DNA of 20,000 nucleotides from Ancylonema sp. (Eukaryota). The first letter of the stretch is position 1. Every line of letters starts with the position of its first letter. Positions 1-10,332 of this stretch are shown here, piece after piece. The notes beneath the pieces are model-generated. The model was not told the DNA's origin. It ran no database searches and worked only from the letters and a program-made list of their open reading frames with translations. Made by a program: the position numbers and the translations under genes. The stretch lies in NCBI GenBank assembly GCA_050230475.1, contig JBFLGF010000129.1, positions 54,359 to 74,358 on the forward strand. The letters run 5' to 3'.

Positions 1-195
1 GGTCGTCGTGGTGTGACCATCCTTTATTGTTACATGCTGGCTGGGCTGGGGTTCCTAAGGGCCATCACGCCCGACTTTGGGTACCTGAGTGGGGAGGAGG
101 CGCGACTGGAGGGTGCGTTTCGTTACATGCACGAGAGGCTGCGGACGCATGCAGAGTCAATCGCGTTCTTTGGGGGGGGGGAGAGGGAGCACAAG
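1..195 (+). CDS. ABCD1: Peroxisomal ABC transporter family D (COMATOSE/PXA1-like), internal exon in TMD2; gene starts upstream of window
   Basis: Frame 1 reads GRRGVTILYCYMLAGLGFLRAITPDFG...EGAFRYMHERLRTHAESIAFFGGG (EAA-like motif typical of plant CTS second half). Phase-0 donor AAG|GTAAG at 195/196. Confidence 0.93.
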
Positions 196-309
196 GTAAG
201 GGGGGGTGGGGAAGGGGGGGGGGGTGGGAGGAGAGCAGAACAAAACAGAACAAAACACCGGAAACAGGACAGAAGAAAAGCAATCAAACAAATCAAACAA
301 CTACGGGAG

Positions 310-402
310 AAGAAGAAGAAGAAGAAGAAGAAGAAGAAGAAGAAGAAGAAGAAGAAGAAGAAGAAGAAGAAGAAGAAGAAGAAGAAGAAGAAGAAGAAGA
401 AG
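310..402 (+). repeat. (AAG)31 microsatellite in ABCD intron
   Basis: Perfect AAG run inside intron 196-501. Confidence 0.97.
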
Positions 403-501
403 AGGGGAGGAAAAGGAAAAAAAAACACTAAGGTCACCTTCCCATTCTTAACCAAGCATGGGTTTGTTTGTCTCTCCCCCCCCTCCCTTTCTCCCTTCCA
501 G

Positions 502-1009
502 ATGATCGACACCCGTTTCTCCTCCCTCCTCTCCCACCACCGCCTCCTCCTCCGTCACCGATGGGTGTTCGGAATATTCGACGAGTTCATCACCAAGCAG
601 CTCCCCCACAACGTCACCTGGATACTTTCCCTGCTCTACGCCCTGGACGCCCCCCGTGCCTCTACCCTGGTCAACGAGGGGCAGCTGGGCCACGACCTCC
701 GTTTCCTTGCTAGCGTGGTGTCTCAGAGTTTTCTGGCGTTTGGGGACCTGCTGGAGCTGTACAGGAAGGTGGTGGAGGTGGGGGGGGGGGTGAAGAGGGT
801 GGTGGAGCTGGAGGAGATACTGGGGGCGGCGCAGGGGGAGGGGGGGGGGGAGTGGGAGGGGGAGGGGGGGGGGTGGAGCGGGGTGGGGGGTGGGGAAGGG
901 GAGGAGGGGTTGGGGTTTGAGGATGTGGATGTGGTTACTCCTAAGAATAAGATGCTGGCCAGGAAGCTGAGGTTTAAGGTGAAGAGGGGGCAGAGCCTGT
1001 TGGTCACAG
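502..1009 (+). CDS. ABCD1: ABCD/CTS exon (end of TMD2, start of NBD2)
   Basis: Acceptor ctcccttccag|ATG at 501/502. Encodes MIDTRF...FITKQLPHNVTW...LRFLASVVSQSFLAFGD...VVTPKNKMLARKL...SLLVT. Donor G|GTAGG at 1009/1010 splits the first Gly of Walker A. Confidence 0.92.
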
Positions 1010-1300
1010 GTAGGGGGGGATGGAACGGGGGGGGGGGGGGTGTGTGCTCTTTGATAAAAATGGGATGGTTGTGAGTGTTGGTAGGGGGGGTATAGGGGTG
1101 GTTTTATGGTCATTGGTAGGGGGAAGCATGGAAATCGATGCTCGAGTATCTTTGGAAATCAGGAAATGTACATGTGTACTGACTTGGATATAGAAAGGCA
1201 ACGTGATGAAGAGAACACTTTGGTTACTGGAATGGTTGAAACCCTGTAACCTGTACCCTGTACCCCGTACCCTTACCATTTCGGTTGGTTTCTTTTTCAG

Positions 1301-1755
1301 GTCCCAACGGTTCCGGCAAGAGCTCCATCTTCCGCGTGCTGGGGGGCCTCTGGCCCCTCGTTTCTGGCACCATCATCCAGCCTGGCCACCCCCCCCTGGC
1401 TACAGGCACACTCACGCCTTCCCTCTCCTTCTCCTCCCCCACGGATCTCTCTCTCCGTCGCGAGATCTTCTACGTCCCTCAGAAGCCGTACACGGCCGTG
1501 GGCAGTCTCAGGGATCAGCTCATATACCCACTGTCGCAAATGGACGCGGCCAGGAAGGGGGAGGGGGAGATGGGGGGTGAGGGTGGGGGTGGGGGGGAGC
1601 CTTCTCGGGAGGCGTTGGCAGTTTTGAACGATCGCTTGCGTGGCATTTTGGAGGACGTTCGTTTGTTGTACTTGTTGGGTCGGGAGGGTGGGTGGGAGGC
1701 GGTGGCCAAGTGGGAAGACATGTTGTCGCTGGGAGAGCAACAGCGACTGGGGATG
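1301..1755 (+). CDS. ABCD1: ABCD/CTS exon (Walker A, Q-loop, signature)
   Basis: Acceptor tttttcag|GT. Encodes GPNGSGKSS (Walker A), FYVPQKPY (Q-loop) and LSLGEQQRLGM (signature). Donor ATG|GTAAAG at 1755/1756. Confidence 0.95.
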
Positions 1756-1933
1756 GTAAAGGGGAAGGGAAGGGGAGGGGAGGGAGGGAAAGGGCGTTGG
1801 TGTCTTTTTTCTTTTTTCTTATTTCTTTTGTTTGTCAAAAAAGGGAAATATTGCTATAGCAGCTGGGCGTGTGGAGCAACCCGGATTTTTTTTTCCTGTG
1901 TCTTATTTTTCAAATGGTGGTTTGGCGTTTCAG

Positions 1934-1986
1934 GCACGCCTCTTCTTCCAACGGCCAAAGTTTGGCATCTTGGACGAATGCACGAA
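1934..1986 (+). CDS. ABCD1: ABCD/CTS small exon (Walker B)
   Basis: Acceptor tttcag|GCA. Encodes ARLFFQRPKFGILDECT(N). Phase-2 donor AA|GTGAG at 1986/1987. Confidence 0.93.
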
Positions 1987-2212
1987 GTGAGGCTCGGCAC
2001 ACTATCGATAAAATATTTTGCGGAGTGTATGTGGTGTCCGTCGTCCTTCCGATTTCTAGAACTCTGCATCGTGATTGCTGTTCTTATGCCATTCAAACAC
2101 TTGCGCGTAACTTTTTAGTCGATCCAAATCGCTCCAAGGCCAAGATTTACACTTGAGCATGTCCTCCTCCTCCTCCCCCCTTCCCCCTTCCCCCTTGTTT
2201 TGTTCCTTGCAG

Positions 2213-2384
2213 TGCCACCAGCGTGGATGTGGAGGAGAATTTGTACCTTAAGGCACAAGCACTCGGCATTAGCGTGGTGACCATATCGCAGCGACCCGCT
2301 CTCATCCAGTACCACGACATGGAGCTAAGGCTCATCGACGGGGAAGGGGCGTGGGAGCTACGGTCGCTGTGCGGGAAGCAATAG
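2213..2384 (+). CDS. ABCD1: ABCD/CTS last exon
   Basis: Acceptor ccttgcag|T completes Asn. Encodes ATSVDVEENLY...VTISQRPALIQYHDMELRLIDGEGAWELRSLCGKQ, then TAG at 2382-2384. The next in-frame stop is TGA at 2403-2405. Confidence 0.92.
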
Positions 2385-2718
2385 AAATTCATGGATAAAT
2401 GTTGAATTTGCGGGGCGTTATCCCTAAGGTTGTTGTAGTTGGTGTTATATTTGTAGGGCACTTGTTGATTGGTTTCGTGGTACATTCTGCGCAAAGTGAG
2501 CGTGAATCTCATCCTTGTTTTACTGTTGTATAAAAACTATCTCATCTTGATTGCTGTTGGGGGGGGAGTGCTAGTGGACAAAAAGGGAAGTTATAAAATT
2601 TCTTTTGTAGGACGTAACTGTAGTTTGTCCAAAAGACCAAATATTCAAATATTTGGTGTAGCGATTTGATGCTTTGTCACATGTTTCTCTAATTTGGAAT
2701 CTAGAGGTTTCTCTCATG

Positions 2719-2993
2719 CATAGTTGGGGGCGCACAAGTGAGCGGGTTTGGCGCACACGTTCGGAACATGTGCGCATCTCGCACATGTTCCGCATCGCGC
2801 ATCTTCTGGCGAAAACCAAATTTGAAATTTTCATTAAGTTGAAAGCCGCCGCTCACATGAGTAAGTACTTTAAGTCTTTCTATCTCAAGTATTTGTATGT
2901 TGGGCGCGCACATGTACGCGGGGTTGAGCGCACATTTTCCGAACATGCGCGCATCATGCACATGTTTTGAACATGTGCGCGATTTTAGTTATG
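2719..2993. mobile_element. hAT-type MITE (CATAG termini; internal GCGCACATGTTC palindromic motifs)
   Basis: Starts CATAGTTGGGGGCGCACA and ends TGTGCGCGATTTTAGTTATG. Flanks CTCTCATG (2711-2718) and CTTTCATG (2994-3001) form an 8-bp TSD with 1 mismatch. Confidence 0.7.
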
Positions 2994-3330
2994 CTTTCAT
3001 GGCTTTCTAGTGCTCAGCAAGCCCGTCAATGGTGGTTGGCCCTCGGGCTCGTAGGTTCATGGAATGCCCCTCACATCGCTTCTATATTGTTGGTCCGCGC
3101 ATTGGGTATCTGAATTGTGTGATGGTCGCATGTGCCAAGCGTTAACATCTTTCCGAAGCACACAGAGCTCGTCATTGACAGTGTACGTATGCGCACCACT
3201 TGGGAGCGGCTATATGTGATTACGTATGTCTCGAGATTTCCCTCTCCCAACAAGATGCGAAAAATGCAACCAAAGTGGAGAACAATTGGAGCTAGGAGCC
3301 AAATGAAGCCACACCTTAACGGGTTTAGGA

Positions 3331-3619
3331 CATAGTTGCGTCCCGGACGCGAGGATGCCGGACGCGTCCGAGACGCGTCCAGCCCCGGACGCGTTCCGGA
3401 CGCGTCCGGGGATCCCTGGACGCTCCGGGACGCAACTAAGATGCAATAAAAAAAGGAAAAAGTTTTCAACCTGAAGTTACACAAATATGGGGGTTCCAAA
3501 TATATGAATATCAGATTTTGGCTCTGGCGTCCGGGTCCGGGACGCGTCCGGGACGCGTCCGGGCCCGGACGCGTTCCAGACGCGTCCGGAGATCCCCGGA
3601 CGTCCGGGATGCAACTCTG
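3331..3619. mobile_element. hAT-type MITE (internal GGACGCGTCC palindromes)
   Basis: TIRs CATAGTTGCGTCCCGGACG and CGTCCGGGATGCAACTCTG. Perfect 8-bp TSD GTTTAGGA at 3323-3330 and 3620-3627. Confidence 0.9.
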
Positions 3620-3689
3620 GTTTAGGAGCATGGCAAACTCAAGCCTCAACGCTCATTGCAAACTCAACTTTTGTGCCTTGACTCATTGG

Positions 3690-4542
3690 CATACCGTACC
3701 AGCCAGAGATAATGCGCCAACAAATCGGAAAATTGATTATTAATAGTAGGCTCCAAACAGTTGCGCCAGCCAAATTTGAATTAATTAGTACGCGCCAAGA
3801 GTGTGCGCCAGGCAAATTTCAATTAATAAAAATGATCCAAAAAATAGCTGCACCGGGTGTTTTCCTTATTAATTTAAATGATCCAATCCAACTTGCGCCG
3901 TTATATAGGGACATGCGGGAGCTTTCAACCCTTGGGTTCTGGGCTCCTCGACCCCAGCGACCTTCCAAACTGGGCCAAAGACCGCTTTCCGTACACGAGC
4001 CCGGGGTTCCGCATCTCGAAACCCGGGGGCGTGGAGCTATTCTTCGTTACAAGCACCTCTCGACATATAAATTATTGAAATTCGATTTTCGATGGGAGAT
4101 CAGAATATTCGCTAAATTATATTGTTGCGCCAAATTTTCGTCGATTTTAATTATTTATTTGCGACAAAAGGGTGCGCCAGCGTGGTCAAAATAATTAATT
4201 TAGTACGCGCCAAAAACGTGTGCGCCAGGCAAAATGGCAACTATTTTTTGGCGCGTTGTCTCTGGCTGGTACGGTAGTTGGCTCCGTCCGATCCGATGGA
4301 GAAAATTTATGTTTGGTTCCGATCCGGATCGAAACCGGATCACAACCTCGACTAGATCCGGTCTCTCATTCACTATATTGACTTCGGAATCTTCATAAAC
4401 ATCTTTATATGCACCTTTTTAGAATCCACAGAGTTTTTACCCATTCTACTCTGTCGAAATCCTCAAATCAAGTCGTGATCCGCATCGGACCCCATCCGGA
4501 TCGGAAGTTGTTGGGGGGTCGCCGGGTCGGGGCGCGACTATG
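3690..4542. mobile_element. hAT-type MITE (internal GATCCG motifs) interrupted by a mariner-like MITE in its left TIR
   Basis: Removing 3694-4276 restores CATAGTTGGCTCCG. Right end is CGGGGCGCGACTATG. TSD CTCATTGG (3682-3689) / CCCATTGG (4543-4550). Confidence 0.75.
3694..4274. mobile_element. Tc1/mariner(pogo)-type non-autonomous element
   Basis: About 26-bp TIRs CCGTACCAGCCAGAGATAATGCGCCA / TGGCGCGTTGTCTCTGGCTGGTACGG. TA TSD at 3692-3693 and 4275-4276. Internal direct repeat TAGTACGCGCCAA...GTGTGCGCCAGGCAAA at ~3787 and ~4201. Confidence 0.88.
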
Positions 4543-5265
4543 CCCATTGGCCTATTCGGCCCATGAGACCATCTTAGCCGAACTCGTTTTCTCGTGGCTT
4601 GGAAGGCTCACGAATCCCTACCACTAGTAGGCTACAAGGGCGGGCCGGCCATGAATCAAGTTTTGTCATAACACGACCCCTCAACGAGAAGCCCATGATG
4701 ATTGGACAAATGCTTTCCAGAACCTTATCAAATGGTTACGCGAAGTAGGTAAAAGAAAACTACCATTTTTTTTCAACGAAATGGTTTGCAATGCGGCAAG
4801 CTAACACGGATCAACAAACGGACAAGTAAAGGACAAGAAAGTACTTCAAATCACATGAAGAAGATTGAAAGTAGAAATACAATGAAACGGTCTTTGATCC
4901 ATGCGTGTGAGGGGTCACCTATGCCTAACTATGATTTGTTATACCATGTTGTTAAGCTGCCTCGGCTCGAGGCTTCCAACAAGATTTCCCAAAACAAACC
5001 ATGGCCCTAATTGGGAACTCTTACACGCAACATTGCTATTGGATGAATGCTACGAGATCACCCCAAGTACACCCACATGGGCTTCGGCCCCAACATGGCG
5101 ACTTACAACAACCATACTTCGAAGAAGTCACTAAAATACTAGAATAGATACAGACTCGTGTTCTTGGTCCTTGACATAAGTGAGGTGTTGACCCCTTACC
5201 TTATGGTGCAAACATCCTTACTTTGTAAGATGATTTCCTCCTACCTACTCCTGCACATTTCGATG

Positions 5266-5796
5266 TCAAATGACTTGTTGTGCCAAGGTCAAAATCTTCA
5301 CAAACTTCTTCTCTCTCAGTTCATGCGGTACCGGCCCAAACACCCGAGTTCCGATCGGTTCTCCTGCCTTGTTGATCACCACCGCTGCATTGTCATCGAA
5401 CCTGATCTGCCCTCCGTCGGACCGCTCGTGATGCATGGCACTCCGTACAACGACACATGTCACCACCTCGCCCTTCTTCACCTTCCCACGTGGCATCGCT
5501 TCCTTCACCGAGCAAACAATGACATCCCCAAGGCCTGCCGCATTCGGTCTTGTGCCCTTGAGGACTTTGATACAGGACAGGCGTTTGGCACCCGAATTGT
5601 CTGCTGCTTGTAGATCCGTTTTCAGTTGAATGTAGTGTCTCCGTTGTTCAAGTTGTGCGAATGGTCCAGGAAGGACCCCACCTCTCCGTTCTCTGGAGCT
5701 CGCCGTCCATCCACCTTCTCCCTGACACGCAGCACGGAGGGACTATTGTGATGTAAATGCAGACTGGAGGGGGGTCGGCCGAATGAAATGGCGTGT
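5266..5796 (-). CDS. rpl14: Mitochondrial ribosomal protein L14 (uL14m, HUELLENLOS-like), exon 2
   Basis: Encodes [27 protein letters not shown]...[24 protein letters not shown]...[30 protein letters not shown], ending in TGA at 5268-5266. The 5' boundary is uncertain: phase-0 acceptors give starts at 5796 (ttgcag, includes in-frame TAG 5745-5743), 5742 or 5721. Confidence 0.9.
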
Positions 5797-6403
5797 CTGC
5801 AACAATGTGCAAAATGTTTCCACCAATATACAAAAGTATACACCATGACCAGGAGCAGGGCAATAGAAAAATTATTGGAGGTGGCAGGTAGTAGAAGCCA
5901 GACACAGGGTCAGGACACGTAGAGTGAGCGCGTGAGCGCGTTCTGCTCTTGTCTATGTGTGCAAAATTGCATGCCATAATCCAATCCACAATTCGCGAAC
6001 CATAGATACCAAAGCTCAACATTTTTAAGAATGTCAAACATTTATGGGCATCTACTTCTTACAGAAGCTTTTGAACAAGAAAATCTGGGAGTTTCAAATC
6101 CAAACGCATGGGAAGAGGCACAAAATTCAAATGCAGTAATTTACCAGTATTCCAAAAAGAGAACCATTAGTACCAGGCTCTGAAGATCGAATGTGGTAAC
6201 TCGATCGCAGATGCACAGACTGAGGTAAAAGCGAGTATGTATTAATTATTATTTGAATGTAACCAATAGTGCCCTCAATTTTGGAGCAGCAGCCAAGCTG
6301 CTATCACAGCGACAACAGCTTTTGATCGTCGAGTCCGAAAGTCCCTGTTTCGGGCACCTAAACTGACTGTGGGAAGTGGTAGCAACGGCAAATTGAGCTA
6401 TAC

Positions 6404-6703
6404 CTTAAAAAATGTGGATGAATTCAGATTCTTTTTCGTGCCGAGCTGGTAAGGCAAATCGTCGGAAGACCTCAAATCAGAAAATGACACCGAAGACTGG
6501 AGGAAAAAACCATTCTTTTGCTTCCTGTCCCATGATGAGCTGTGTCCACTCGGCTCCCGCGACCCCAGAAAGCTTGTGCCAGAGTCGACCTCGCTGCCAC
6601 TACTTTCACTACTTAGGCCACCTCTAAAGTAGCGATGGTTTACCAATTGTTGAATTCCTCTCACTACATCGCGATTCCGAGCGATGTACACCCTCGAGAT
6701 CAT
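6404..6703 (-). CDS. rpl14: rpl14 exon 1 (putative mitochondrial presequence plus Ser-rich extension)
   Basis: ATG at 6703. Arg-rich MISRVYIARNRDVVRGIQQLVNHRYF. The ORF ends at phase-0 donor AAG|GTATAG (6404/6403), compatible with the phase-0 acceptors of exon 2, which has no in-frame ATG upstream of the L14 core. Confidence 0.7.
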
Positions 6704-7090
6704 ATTACCGGCAAAGAATTAGCCTTCCGGCACTATGTCTAAATATGAATAGAACCACAGACACAGGAACTTTCGCGATGACGAACAGCGTACGCTCAGA
6801 TTATACTTGACAACTGCCCTATCGCCTACCGCGACTAGACAAGAGGCAAACACATGTTATATTGAATGCCGTACGTTTTACTCGGTGGCATGGAGGAGAG
6901 GTGCTTTATCATGCCGATGTCCCCCTGCTGCTGAAGCTTGCCGCCGCCACTCAATTATCATTTTTTAATTTAATCGCCCTCTGGAGAGAAATTTAGGGCC
7001 TACAGTGCCTCCCCTGTGCCAACCTGTGCCAGGAGTACTGAGCCCTGAGGCCTGAGTTTGTCCCCATGAGGCCTGAGCTCGTGAAGCTCG

Positions 7091-7997
7091 GGGGGGTGCG
7101 CTATTCGCCAACAATAAGGGTAGTGTTATTGGCACTCCACCAAAAACACTATTCGCACTCCAGGCGCAGGTTTTACAGTTTTGCCACTGTCAATCGATAA
7201 TGTGACGTTGTAACGCGAACAAATTCATTGATCTCACGACTGCCCGCTGAGTATCCGATATAACACACGTATTAAATATCGTGTGGTTCATATCCCGCTA
7301 CTGCGGGGTTCACGCCCGCCGTTGCCCCATCTGTCCTACCCTCACTCGCTGAATCGCTGCCACGAATGAATCGCATAAAATTTACGATGGATCGGTTGCT
7401 ATGACTTGAAAGTATAATCAGTAAATTAAAAAAAAAACAAAAAAAAAACAAATTGTATTCTTCGCATGCGTTTTCGCTTGAAAGCCAATTTCTTCAATTT
7501 CTGAATATTCTGATTGTAAAAGTGTGTGCCGTAGCGTGTGAGTTGAAGCTACTCACGCCAGAATTGCTGAGAACATCTCCGCTCTCAGTTTGGATTTGAA
7601 TCGGCGAAGAGCGGATAAATCGTATGTTGCGGATGACGACAGCCCGCAGAGAAAGTTACGCAGACAGAGACGGGGTGCAGAACGCGTGGGAGAGGAGGCT
7701 ACCAGACATTTCTCTTCGTTTCGCTGATGTGGCACACACACGTGCTGAAAAGTTACAACGGAAGTTACAACGGAAATTGCTGCACGTGGATGCGCAGTAC
7801 TCGTCATATCGTGCACCGGGTTAATTGTTTGCGTACAGCGAATATTTGTCGTACGGCAGTGGCGAAACCTGTAAATCTTGCGCCTGGAGTGCGAATGGAG
7901 TGCCAATAACACTACCCCAACAATAAGAACAAAAAGCGCCAGAAAAAGATAGTTGCGCCCTCCAACCCCAACTTTGCGCCACCTTGCGAATAGCGCA
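7091..7997. mobile_element. Long-TIR (Mutator/foldback-like) non-autonomous element between rpl14 and the PPR gene
   Basis: TGCGCTATTCGC (7097) / GCGAATAGCGCA (7986). Perfect 22-bp IR GGGTAGTGTTATTGGCACTCCA (7118-7139 / 7896-7917). Further ~50-bp imperfect IR starting ATTCGCACTCCAGGCGCA. No TSD identified; ends approximate. Confidence 0.7.
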
Positions 7998-8403
7998 AGA
8001 ATACGATCGCTAGTCGTAGGAGTCAAGAATCGCCGCGGGGCCCTTCTTGTTGCGCCCCCTACTCTTGTCTACTTCAGGGAGCTTGGGATCCCAGTCGGTG
8101 TGTATTTGTGGTTGACGTAGTGATCCCTGCTACGTCACGTAGTCGTGTGGATTCAGAGAGTGGATTGCTACGCGCGCTGACTGGGGCTCGGCGCTGTTGT
8201 CTGTCTGCAAATCGATAGTTTAGAGGAATTCGAATTGCTGCGACCCTGTGAACTAGCTTTGGAGGGGGATCTGGTTGCTCAAGGTGTGCTACCGGAATAC
8301 ATCAATAAATTCCTGATATCGCTTCAAGTAGCTTTTTGCCGACCCTCTCACCACGCAGAGTGTCCTTCCGTCGCATCTCAATGTGGCTGACCGTTTAGGT
8401 ACG

Positions 8404-9255
8404 ATGCCAGTCACAATGCTCGTGGGCAATGGACTGAGCAGCGAAATTCTTTTCCCTACTTTCGAATCTTCCGAAACCAAGTGGAGCCTTCTTCCGAAAT
8501 TTTCTTCTGTCAACACTCTCGGCGTACGAAGTTTAACATGGTGCAACCAGCGTCTCAGAGGGGCCGAATGTGGCCTGCCTGGAAGCGACAACCATTCCAT
8601 CAATGATTCGCCTGAACATTCAACGACCAGACAACGACCATCTGCCGCATCACGGAAGAAGTCGGTTGTGCCGCAGCCAGCTTTAGGCACAAGCTTGAGC
8701 CTCTTTGCTCCATTCGATCGACGGCTCTGGTGCCATGGACGCAGCTTCACCTGCTCGTCTGCGACCTCGCTGCAGGGCACGGAGACAAGCTGTACGATTC
8801 GAGAAGAAGCGCTTGACGCGGATAGACAAGGGTTTCCTGAGCCCAATGAGCCCAATGCAGCAGAGTCTGGAGAGGATAGGAACACGTTTATCCATCCTGC
8901 GACTTCCGGTTTCGCACCCGAAAGTATCCCACCACAGCCCACAGCACCTCCTCGACCCGACCCCGCTCATCCCGCCCAACCGCCCAGTAGACAGTCCCCA
9001 GAACCCTCCCTGGCCACCCCCGCATTCCTCCCCCCCCCCACCTCCCGCACCCCCAATTTCAAACCTCGTCAAAGGGACACGTGGACGAGGGCAAAGGGTC
9101 CTGGTAGTGGAGGTGGCAGGGTAGACGAGGACAGAGGGAGCAGTTTAGTGAAGAAGGTGGTGATTGCGCTGCTGAAGGACCGTGGAGAGGGCGTGGCAGA
9201 AGTGGTTGCGCCGTTCATGAAGGAATTGTGCCGAGATGCAGAGGCCTGGAATCAG
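8404..9255 (+). CDS. P-class PPR protein (GUN1/pTAC2-like), exon 1: putative transit peptide and Pro-rich linker
   Basis: Long ORF from ATG 8404 (or 8416), Ser/Thr/Arg-rich then Pro-rich. Ends ...EAWNQ at phase-0 donor CAG|GTAGG (9255/9256). Confidence 0.75.
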
Positions 9256-9723
9256 GTAGGGGTGCCCAGTAGTTGGGGGGGGGGACAGGGGGGGAATGGG
9301 AGTAGGGATGGGAGAAGTAACCACACATCACACAGTAGCGCGACACGGATGCAAGCACACAATTCGAGCTGACTCTTTCTCTTTCCCTCTCCCTCCAAAA
9401 CAGACCAGCGTGTGCTACGCTCTGTTCATTGGGGCCTGGATGGGGAACTACTTTCCATGTGCTCCACAAGTTGTTTGTTAGTAGGGCCTAGGAATGCGAT
9501 TCGGGGAATGAACATCCATTCCTAAATTCTGGCATTGTCCTCTGTATGAATATACAGAGGACCATGCGTACCTTTGTATGTATGTATGTACAGAGGAGTA
9601 GTACTCCCATTTCTCATACTCCCATTATAAAACTGCACACAGGTAGATGTCGGAACTCAAAAAAAAAAAAAAAAACACTACACTGGTCATATGAGAAGGT
9701 CTTTCCCTTTGTGTCCCTTCCAG

Positions 9724-9956
9724 GTGATGTAGGGTCTTGAGAAGAGGGGCGCCCGTGGTCGTGCCTACCAACTCTTCCAGTACATGGTACAAACGAAACA
9801 GGAGGGGGGGATGCGGCTGGCCCACCACCATTTCAACACCATCATCCTCATCCTAGGGCGGGAGGGCAAGATGCGTCTTGCTCACTCCATCTTCCACTCC
9901 ATGACGGACCACGGATGCGCGGCGGGCGTGTTCACGTACAGCGCACTCATGACGGG
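9724..9956 (+). CDS. PPR gene exon 2 (contains in-frame TAG at 9730-9732)
   Basis: Acceptor tcccttccag|GTG. Encodes VM*GLEKRGARGRAYQLFQYM...FNTIILILGREGKMRLAHSIFHSMTDHGCAAGVFTYSALMTG. Phase-2 donor GG|GTAGG. Missed by the ORF track. Confidence 0.85.
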
Positions 9957-10332
9957 GTAGGAAGGAACACTACCTGTACCCCATTCTGCTTCCTACTCAC
10001 GATTCAGTAGCCATTCATTTTTTTGGTGCATGGGAGTGGAGTGGAGTGGTTGCAAGGGGTTGTCCTTGAAGAAAGATACACTCTTGGAGGGGGTTCGGGG
10101 CGGGGGGGGCTACCCATTTCACCCCTGTCAGTTATGGCGTGTTCTTCAAAGGTACAGGGTTCAGAAAGGAGGCAATCACAACCATAATGGAAAAAGAAAA
10201 AAGAAGAAAGAAGAAAGAATAAAGATTCAAAGGTATTCCCGAATGAAGGTGTAAGGTGGAGGGTAGATGTGCTTCAGTCTCCATCCCTCCCCGTCCTCCT
10301 TCATTCACCCCAGGGTCTGCCCACCCCCCCAG

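Noticed and set aside
13..1074. 353-aa ORF with poly-Lys as a single protein
   Set aside because: It reads through a GT-AG intron (196-501). The poly-K/E/R/F ORFs are translations of the AAG microsatellite.
2281..2300. H-loop His replaced by Gln (TISQRP) in the ABC domain as a novel defect
   Set aside because: SQRPAL is the usual sequence in NBD2 of plant CTS-type ABCD proteins.
3071..3649. ORFs with DASGT/GRVRDASG repeats
   Set aside because: They are translations of GGACGCGTCC palindromes in a MITE with a clear TSD.
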